Shown in pieces: positions 53,471 to 64,000 of a stretch of DNA of 64,000 nt. Origin of the DNA: Paecilomyces variotii (Eukaryota); the NCBI GenBank assembly GCA_004022145.1, contig RCNU01000007.1, one strand, 5' to 3'. Position numbers and translations under genes: made by a program. Under the pieces are notes generated by a model that worked only from the letters and a program-made list of their open reading frames with translations, did not search any database and was not told the DNA's origin. Positions within the stretch are counted from its first letter, which is position 1, and the number at the start of each line of letters is the position of its first letter.

Positions 53471-54775
53471 AGAAATCAAGTCGGAGAAGACTAGACTAGC
53501 TAGCCTCCTGGCAAAAAACATGAACGAGATTAAACGTCTGGTTTACACCTCGCCTGAAATGACCAGTCGACTGCACATGTTCACGTCTAATGTTTTAAGA
53601 TGATGCATATCCTTGAGCTTGGTGTGGATTGGAGCAATTCGGCCGTGCAATGTTTCTTTCCTTTTCCTCCTATCTCCCCGTCGCGTGACGTGATGTAATA
53701 TACAAAGCTCGTTTTGTAGAAGTTGAAGAATATATAGCGTCAAAAGAGGGTTTCTTTCGCCTGGATATCCCCCGCACATACTTCCATAATCGACACAAAC
53801 TACCAAGTAGACACAGGTCTTTTATTTGATATGAACTATTATAATTATCACACCATACATAATTGACAGACTGATATATGCAATCGACTCGATCTCAAAA
53901 AGCAAGTCTCGAAAGCAACACCTTGCCCCAAATCCCATCCCATCCCATGCCATCCACTTCGCTCATTCATGCATTATCTCGTCCCTTTTTTTTTTCTTCT
54001 TCTCTATCTATTCTTTCTTGGGCATTCCAGCTTCAGTAATCATTGCTCATTTCCTCTCTCTTTCTTTCAATTTTTCTTTTCTCCGTGAAAAAGAAAAAGA
54101 ATTATAATGGCCCTATCCCCCACCCCCGCGTGTCGTGACGACGAGGGAAATAAAAAGTCTCGCTGAAACTACGGGAGGGGGAAGGGGGCCAATAATATAC
54201 ATAGTTCGAGGATGAAAACAAGATATCTGAATGAATGAAACCCATCAATTGCATCAATCGATTCATGGTCATGAGGAAACGAAATGTGACAGATCAGGGG
54301 TCATTAATTAAAAAAGAATAAAAAAAAAAGCATGTTCTGTTAAAATAGAACAACGTGCAAAGGGGGAAAAAAGACTACAAATCGAAAGATGGCCTTCGAA
54401 ATGTAGAACCCCATTGAGCAAAAAGAAAGCAAAGAAAACAAACAAAACGCCTTCCAGCCAGAATAGCGAACGACACGCCATGATGATACAGATTTTCGCC
54501 GTTGAAAACATTGCCAGGAGTATTCAACGTCGATTCGAATCAGCCGTACACGTCAGCTAGCGCCGGCCACCTTTTTGAGGCGAGCAACCGCGAAGACTCG
54601 ACACGAACGAATCGGATATCTCCAACAAAGTATGATGCAAGGCTCAGCTTCAGATAAACTCATATACAATACTAGACAGTAGGCGTGAACGACGTAGCAT
54701 CCCCTTTTTCTAACGACATGCCTTCAGTGCTGATACTCAGCGATTCCGGGTTCATGAAAGACTATGCGGTATTAT

Positions 54776-56267
54776 TCACCGGCTCTTCTTGGTGCCATTG
54801 GTCTTCGTGGCGCTGTTGTCGACGGGTTCATCATTAACCAGAACTTGGGGCGCATGGTTCTCCTGACCGACATTGCGACGAGTCACGGAAGCTTTCTCAT
54901 CGCCGTTGGGCAGAGTGGCGGTCCCGTTGGTCTCCTTAGGCGCGACTTCATCCTCTTCTCCTTCATCTTCGTTGTCGCTTCTCTCGTCCTTCTTGACGTT
55001 GTCAAACAGGTAGTTCTTCAAGATCCTCAGGATAAGGAAGAGCCAGAACAAATTCACCGCCTGCAAGGATGCAAGCAGAGCAAATGTGATGTACTGACTG
55101 ATCCAACACTTGTACTGTTGTGTCTCCCAGTTCAACTCGAAAGGACCCACGGTGCGGAATTCCGTCAAGGTAGCCCACAAGATCTTGAGGTTGATGTAGT
55201 GGCGCAAGTATATCCACACTCCGACGAAGAGGCCAAAGTAAGGCCCAATGACGATAGAGTCCAGGTAGTTCAATGTCTTCGACGTCTACATGCCAAAGAG
55301 AATAACAAGTCAGTTCCTGTAATCTTCCATGATACAAGTGGGGACACCTACCGCGAGGAAAAAGTCCGAGATATCATGTGTGATATAGACCGCCAGGCCC
55401 ATATACGTAAAGTGGAATCTGTAGCTCAGTCCGATAAGCGAAAGGGTGATGATATGGTGACCAACGAGCTCCTTGAAGTCCTTGCGCGGCTTCTCCAGCT
55501 GCAACATCAGAACAATGGCCTGCTGCGCCCAGTAACTCGCCTGGAGAAGATAATAGGCCTTGAAGATAGCGGTGTGTTCCCGGTGAGGAAAGCCCTCAAA
55601 CATGGCCGTGGTGTTGAAGTACCAGATATCCGTCTTGCTCATGACATAGAGACCAAACGGGCCGAAAACCGCAAAGTACATGGCCGTGTAGACCTGCTCC
55701 ATGAAGCGGGACATCTTGCTCTTGCCGCGGATCCCACACCATTGTCCCCAGGGGCGAATCAGACGCTGCATGAGGAACTCCCGAGTGAAGGACAGCACAA
55801 CGGTATAGAAAGCTACGAACGCGATATCCTTCTTTCCCTTGCCATACATGATCGGGCCGCCAGGGTACTTGGGGTCTTGCGGGTAGGACAAGAAGATGGC
55901 ACTGTGGATTGGGTTCGACGGAGTGGGATTGACCGCATATCCGGCCAGCAGAACGAGCACGATGAGCAAAGGCATCAGCCATGTGTGCTTGCCGCAGAGA
56001 CTTCTGAAGCGGCCCAGTGCGGATCGGGACCTGCGGCGCTTCGAGTGCGATTTCCCAGTCTTATCGGTCGCTGGACGTGAAACCTACACCCTGCGATAAG
56101 TATAACCATTCCCTCGAGATGACGGGAGCTATCGATACTCGTACCTGTTGATCCGGCGTGTCGTAGCGAGACGCTTGGTAGTTGTTCATTGTTGACATGG
56201 CCGGGGCACTGGTGTCGCCTCTGATATCCGCGCCGAGAGTGCTGGACTTTCTCCGTAACCGTGCCAT
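54776..56267 (-). CDS. lag1: Ceramide synthase (TLC domain, Lag1/Lac1; LagA-type)
   Basis: 3 exons. Motifs [87 protein letters not shown]. Confidence 0.93.
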
Positions 56268-57550
56268 CGTGGGCGGAAGTAATATGCGTTTGCTACCCGG
56301 TGGTTCAACCTATCACTCTTGCGCAGAATGGGCTGTCCCGAACGGCAGTGTTCGAGGAAACCCAGGCTTTTTGTCTCTCGCACTGGGAGGTGGAAGTCCG
56401 CCAGTGAGAGTATCACGAAAGCGGAGTGGCCGCCCGGAAACCTCGGATGCAAAGGAGGGGGAGGAACTGGAGCCTTCAAGAAGGCCCCGGAAAGAAGTCC
56501 TTTCTTTTTTTTTTTTTTTTTCCAACACGAAATGCCCGTCTCTGTCACGCACAGCAGATGCGAAGGTTGAACAGACTTTTCGAACAAATTTCCGCATCAT
56601 CCAGGGGTTCTTCTACTTCAATCGGTGAGCGGGTTCCTCCGCGGCCGAACCGGCGCTAAATGCGTTAAGTGGCTCTCCGTTGCAGCGGAGGGCCTTGGCG
56701 GGGGAAGCTGGGTTAACTAACCGTCTTAACCGTGGATTCCAGTGGGAAATTATTATTATTTATTTATTTTAATGAAATTTAATGCTGGAGACTAAGTATA
56801 CATCTGCCGAGTTCCTTGCTACGGTCACCAAGAACTATTATCCCGTCGTTGCACACGTGTCATTTATTTTATACAAGTACACAGTGAGTACATCAGCACA
56901 GCTTCGAAAACTGCTTTCTATCTGATCTTTCATCCCGCCAGTAAGTAAACACGAAAGGGAAAAGCTCCTGCAGCTCCTCAAGATCAAGCGGCGCCATGAC
57001 GAACTGTCCTCCGTCGTTGGGGAACGCTCGTGTCAACGGAGATGCTGCCGCGCGTCTCGCGGTTTCAATCGTTCCGTTCAGTTATTCCAAGGCTGCTTAG
57101 GCCCTAGGGTGATTCCGAATCCCCCACGGCATCATATCCGATCTCGACGGTTACGCCAACTGCCTTTATAGCGCCCAGTAGTCGTTGAATTAAGTCAACT
57201 GCAATTGGATGCAGTAGGAGAGGCTGAGGCCTCTAGTAAGTTATTTCAGATGCTTTGGAAGCGATGTCCACCTTGACCTCAGCATCTAATTACTTATGAG
57301 ACAAGGTAGACCGGATACCGGTCTCTCCTCAGCTTCAATCCGACAGGACCTATTCATTATTAGTATTCATGGAACTAACGAATGTTCTTTGTTGAAGATC
57401 CAACTAGACCAACAAGGAGTTCTCCTTTTTGGTCGACTGACATAAAGCCATCATTCTTCTTTGTACGGGCGCTTATCTCCGAACAGCCTCGACTCTCTCT
57501 GCATCCTGTGAGCATAATCGCATAGAAATACATTTCGATCTGATCTGTTG

Positions 57551-58528
57551 TCATTGATCACCTTTTAAGGCTTCATATCCCCATAATCTTGCTGCAAGCT
57601 CCATCTCAAAGCGTTCTTTCGGCATTGGGCCCTCTCCGATTTCTCCGACCATGTCGGTCCCCGGAGGAAAGTCATGCTCAAACAAAGGCTCTCCAGCTGC
57701 TCTCATATTCCCAAGAATGCACTGTCGAAAGTGCCATCTGAGCAGCTTGTCCGATACGCGATTGGGATCTGCAGGATTCCGACATACGGGGTCAAGGACC
57801 CTGCCATCGATACCCAGAGTATCAGGGCCGAATAATGTGATCTTATATCCGTCCTGCGAATATCAGATTAGGAAGTGATGACAATGTTTCGACAGAATCA
57901 CTCCCATCGGGGTTATCGCGATAAGGTGGCTGTCGAATATAGTATGGATATTCCCCCGCATAAGTAGGCCGTTCTGGCAAGAGTTTATCTTGGAGACTCC
58001 TGTCGTGTCGTCCATATCCGTAACGTATCAGAGAGCCTCCTTCTCTAGGGGAAAGATATGAGCGCCCTCGAAGCCTCCCCACCGGTCAGCATCTCTCAAT
58101 GAGTTCACTTGGCCAGACAAGACACACTTCCCATTGCGGCTACGTCGCGGAAACTGTCGTCTCGCCCACTAATTGTAAGGGGATTAAAGGCCTCAAGCCT
58201 CTAGACCCGTAAACCACTCGCCCAAAAAGACTAGACACAGTAATAGCCGACAGGCTATTACGGGCTCTGGCACCCCTTATATAGTTATAAAGCCCCGTGG
58301 GTTAGTTATGCTTTACACTGATAGTATGTGACATAATCCGTGAGACCTAACTATGGCTCATTCGTGAGTTCAAATAGTGCTTATTCTCGTCAGTGTAATG
58401 ATTATGTAGAATTGAATTATAGAACTCATACTGTCAGAGTAATTCACATATAGGATAGAATACCGTCGGTCAGGATTGTGAATGCAAATGATATTCTTCG
58501 CAAGGGAGATTCTGCTGGGAATAGCCAT
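57551..58528 (-). pseudogene. HNH endonuclease (HNH_2-type) pseudogene
   Basis: Fragments ELTNEP*, SHTISGRDDSFRD, GKCVLSG, GFEGAHIFPLEKEAL*, SKINSCQNGLLMRGNIHTIFD, DGYKITLFGPDTLGIDGRVLDPVCRNPADPNRVSDKLLRWHFRQCILGNMRAAGEPLFEHDFPPG, KERFEMELAARL. Stops, frameshifts, a broken donor (gggagt) and an insertion. 5' limit uncertain. Confidence 0.8.
58174..58317. mobile_element. 144-bp solo LTR with 5-bp target-site duplication
   Basis: Begins TGTAA and ends TTACA. Flanked by CTAAT (58169-73) and CTGAT (58318-22). Removing it restores the HNH reading frame HTIS-GRDD. Confidence 0.8.
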
Positions 58529-59938
58529 GGAATACTTCACCGTAACCAGTTTGTCGAAATACCATAACTAAGAATGATATCCAGCTACCGTCTAGCATTG
58601 CTTTACGTTATTCACTAAGAGCATTGAATCCCATTCCCTCGACTGGTGGCTAATAACGCCCTGGTGTGTTTCACCACAGTATTGGCGGTCCTCCGTGTCA
58701 CAGGTCGCTGTTGTGGTCCTTGCGAGCCTGTCTGTGACGATCTGATATATGGATCTAAAGCGCCAGTCTTCAGTACAGTAGTGGCTGCCATCGCCACGTT
58801 GAAGCACGCCGCTAGAGTGACGGTCATGCAAACCCTTCGTCTGACGGTTGTTGATAAGATAGGTCGAAAAGTATACTAGGATCTAGAGAGCGTGAAACTT
58901 AGCATAGATTAAGAATAGAACATCGCGGTAGAACTCGTCGATCCGCTGGCGAGAAATCAGATCGTACCTGCGTTCCTATTCCCATGTGGCATCCATTCTG
59001 ACACATTCCAATGCATCATGACGGTCTGCTAATTTATCCGCACAAATTACCACGGCTAATCCCATATATACTATTTACTGTACAGGATCGGTTGTCTGCT
59101 GTCCACCTGGAGTTCTGGTTGGGTACTGGAAGTTGTGCCGGTAGCGTCAATGCTTCTGTTTTTCGTACAACTGAAAGAATCCGACTTTTATATCATTCTT
59201 TTATGACACTTCTTATACCCGAGTCCCTCGAGTCTCGACTACATGATTTGCGCAAGTGGCAGACTAAATCCCCTCCATTGTTACCTCACGCGGGAAGAGG
59301 CTCGTTTCGAGCAAGGAGTTGTTTGCAGGGGCAGCCAACAGAACCACCAACCCAACAGCGAAACGAAGGAAGAGACAGAGGAGTGCGATGGATATCAACG
59401 ATCGCACTTGTTTCAAATATCCGAGCCATGTGCTCGTCTCGAGATCTCCACATCAACTCTGTGGTGCCTTGCAAATCTGCAAGAGTAGGGAGAACGGGGG
59501 CCCGTCTGCTGCAAGGAGCACGAAATGACCAGCTTATGTGGACGGATGCTGTTAACAGTAAGCAAAATCTATCTTTCCACGATACTCAAATCTCAGCCAT
59601 TTTGCGCCTCCCGGAGGGCAAAGTCCAATAGAGCCCTGCAAGTGGTCGACACGCTAGCGAGATAAGCCCCTAGACAAGGTACTGATGGTTTCTTGTTTCT
59701 CCCCGGCTTCTGCCAGTGAATTCTCCGCGCGCTCCGCGTTACGACTTATTTATTCACCTGCGCGAGACCTCAACATCCGCGTAGACTGTTCGTCAGGAGG
59801 GAAGGTCCATCGTTGCTGTCGCCGTGGAAAGCTACGGATATGTGGTAGGCGAAGCATTGGAGCAATTCATTCGTTACATTTACGCTCTCTGTCCACTCGT
59901 TTGCCTATCTCGTACTTGGAGCGTGCCCATCCAGCAAG

Positions 59939-61769
<1,831 letters not shown>

Positions 61770-62377
61770 GGAACTATTTTTGCACATCTAGTGGTTTTTT
61801 TTTTTTTTTTTGGATCTGAAAGTTGGGTTCAAGGAGAACCTGCTCTCTGGACTATTTTATCTAATATTCTCTTCTTCAGGTTTTGGTATATGCTGTTGTT
61901 TGGATATAATTAATCATTGACTCATGACATACTGGACGCTGTGGCAGATCCTTCTTTTTTGAAATCAAATCATGAGTGAATCTGTTACGAGGGATGTTAC
62001 TTACGCGTACACGCATGGACATGAGAACAAGAGGAATTAAATAATAATTTCGAACGGACCATATCAAAAGCTCTTAATCCAACATTATGACTTTCGATTT
62101 TTTTTTCATTTGAATGCATCGGTAATCCTAATGATAATGATAATAACAATAGACGAGGCGGTTATTAGCTTATTCGTATGTATGTACCATTCCGAAAGTG
62201 TATTAGATGTATGCGCAAGTTTCGAAGAACACGAACACTTGATGTGAAAACAAACAGGGTATTATCAACGAGAGAAAAAAAAAAGGGAACTCCAGAATCA
62301 TATGAAAAAAAAGGGGGCGGGGCATATAACAAAATAGATGCTCCCCCCTTCTTCTATCTCTCCCACCTGGTTAGTAA

Positions 62378-64000
62378 TTAAACAACCAATTCCCACTCCG
62401 CAATAAACGCAAACGCCATTCCAACCCGACCTTGCTTCTCTCGGAATTCCTGAACAGTCAATCCATGCGCATCCTGCAGGTCTCCGAAACTAGTCACAGA
62501 AGCAATTTGTAGTTTTTGGCCTGGCGCACCCAGTATTCGCGGGTCAGGAATATCTAGATACCAGACATCTCCGCCTCCGTTGGGATTAGAGCCGCGGACG
62601 TGCTCGAAGGGTAGTTGTTGGTCTTCGCGGCCGTCGATTCCGTGGATCATAAGGACGAAAACGTAGGGGCCTGGCTGCTTGCTGTGTTGTGTGACGCTCC
62701 AGTGTGGACAGAGAAGGTTGAATTGGAAGCGGAGGGGACCGGGTTGGTAGATTGATATCTGCTTTGTTGCGGGTAGAAACGACTGTTCGTTGATGTGGTT
62801 TTTGCCCGTGTCGGACCAGAGATGAGGCTGTTGGAATCCGTTGCCGAAGATATATTCCTCCCAGCTCATAATGCGGCCATCGTCGCGGAAGAAGTGCTCT
62901 TTATTCTCGGGATAATGGCGAAGGCCGAATTCGTCATTCGACATGGTAAACTGGGACGGGTTGAATAGCGGGGTATACGGCTGATTTCTGCCGTTTACTA
63001 CTCCAGCTCCCCAGCATGGGTCAATAAGCTTCCATTTGCCGCCATCAATCTTCACAGCGTTCCATGCATGACTTGATCTGAATGGGGGTAAAGCAGATCC
63101 AGGGGCTATGTTCTGGAAACCAAAGCCCTTGCCATGACCTCCAACCACGATCGCTTCCAGTCCTGCGTATGTTGCAAGAGTGGAGAACAGACCGGCATAA
63201 CCCTCGCAGACGGCCAGTCCTGTAGCCAATGTATTTGCCGGGGTGGATGGCTTCACGCGGTCATTGAAGAAAGCATCTACATCGTATGCTATGTTGTGGT
63301 GAAGCCAGGTGAAAATCACTCTCGCTTTGTCGGTGGCAGAAGGGAATGGCGCCGTCAGCTCCCTAGCCAGCCATGCAAGATCTTGCGTCGGGAGTGAATG
63401 ACGAGGATATTGAGCGGCACGTGTGTCAGGCCCAGAGTAGTCGCGGCATATTAGACAGCCTGTACTCTGCGAGGTATATACACCGTTCGAACCAAGACGA
63501 GGCTTTGTCGCCTGTATCTTGGAAAGATCTGGAACTGGTGGAGGGGTGCCATTGGAGACGGAACCGGGTCTCGGGGGTATATTTGGTCCCTGAGTCTGCT
63601 TGTTTAGCCCGGCGAAAGAAGATTGCCGGATCTTATCGAGCTCAGACGATGATGGAGCCGGAGGAGGAAGATTCCTAGGTGGTGGTCTAACGCCATGCTC
63701 GTCCGCAGCATTCGCCGATTTCGAGAACCCATTCACATTGGGTCTGCGCGGCGGTAGTTTTGGGACTGGCGGTTGTTCATTATCGTTCGATGGCTGTCGG
63801 GATGGCAGTCGTGGAGGTGGTCGCGGAGGCAAGCTGCGTTCGCTCACAGCAGACCTAGGCCTGGGTCGAGATGGAAGAGCTGGTTTTGGTCCCTCCGACT
63901 CACTCCTTTTGGGAGGCAGAGGTGGTAACTGTGTCTCACCCCATGCTGGCGCGCGGACCGTTCGTGGGGCCGATTCCAAAGTCGACGAGGTCCTGGACGT
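62378..64000 (-). CDS. Transglutaminase-like (kyphoscoliosis peptidase/Cyk3-related) protein with Pro-rich N-terminal region; 5' end outside window
   Basis: KARVIFTWLHHNIAYD, AVCEGYAGLF, VVGGHGKG, SHAWNAV, LIDPCWGAG give a Cys-His-Asp triad. Many PPxLPxRP motifs. The frame is open to the window edge. Confidence 0.85.
   Translation of the reverse strand, partial: TSRTSSTLESAPRTVRAPAWGETQLPPLPPKRSESEGPKPALPSRPRPRSAVSERSLPPRPPPRLPSRQPSNDNEQPPVPKLPPRRPNVNGFSKSANAADEHGVRPPPRNLPPPAPSSSELDKIRQSSFAGLNKQTQGPNIPPRPGSVSNGTPPPVPDLSKIQATKPRLGSNGVYTSQSTGCLICRDYSGPDTRAAQYPRHSLPTQDLAWLARELTAPFPSATDKARVIFTWLHHNIAYDVDAFFNDRVKPSTPANTLATGLAVCEGYAGLFSTLATYAGLEAIVVGGHGKGFGFQNIAPGSALPPFRSSHAWNAVKIDGGKWKLIDPCWGAGVVNGRNQPYTPLFNPSQFTMSNDEFGLRHYPENKEHFFRDDGRIMSWEEYIFGNGFQQPHLWSDTGKNHINEQSFLPATKQISIYQPGPLRFQFNLLCPHWSVTQHSKQPGPYVFVLMIHGIDGREDQQLPFEHVRGSNPNGGGDVWYLDIPDPRILGAPGQKLQIASVTSFGDLQDAHGLTVQEFREKQGRVGMAFAFIAEWELVV

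Noticed and set aside
54764-56080. 438-aa plus-strand ORF
   Set aside because: Lies wholly antisense to the ceramide synthase; no independent family signal.
59011-59631. 206-aa ORF upstream of the glucoamylase
   Set aside because: No motifs and random-looking composition; probably promoter DNA.

Overview
Fungal genomic DNA from a filamentous ascomycete, most likely Eurotiales. The unsplit Cand1 gene and strong RIP point away from the split-candA Aspergilli; this is inference. Positions 1-~3400 are an extremely AT-rich, RIP-erased block with a Ty3/gypsy gag relic (-) and a Ty1/copia RT-RNaseH-PPT-LTR relic (+). RIP-type damage extends into an orphan exon and a 5'-truncated MFS transporter. 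The rest is intron-containing euchromatin: a CBM48 + Glu/Ala/Pro-repeat protein, a low-complexity protein, noc3/nip7 head-to-head, dcn1, wsc (PMP22 family), a Cys-rich protein, pex11-like, an AKR7 reductase, an F-box-like protein, an AIG2/GGCT protein, cdc48, sus1/ENY2-like, ste50, cand1, a small mitochondrial protein, a Lag1/Lac1 ceramide synthase, an HNH-nuclease pseudogene interrupted by a solo LTR, a GH15 glucoamylase and a transglutaminase-like protein cut by the window end. The strongest leads are: (1) an 846-nt dcn1 intron holding a highly base-paired ~550-nt H/ACA-like RNA; (2) a stop-in-donor splice switch that would add a transmembrane tail to the CBM48 repeat protein; (3) a glucoamylase with a GPI-like tail instead of CBM20; (4) a 144-bp solo LTR with a 5-bp TSD inside an HNH pseudogene. 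All calls were read by eye; no searches were run.
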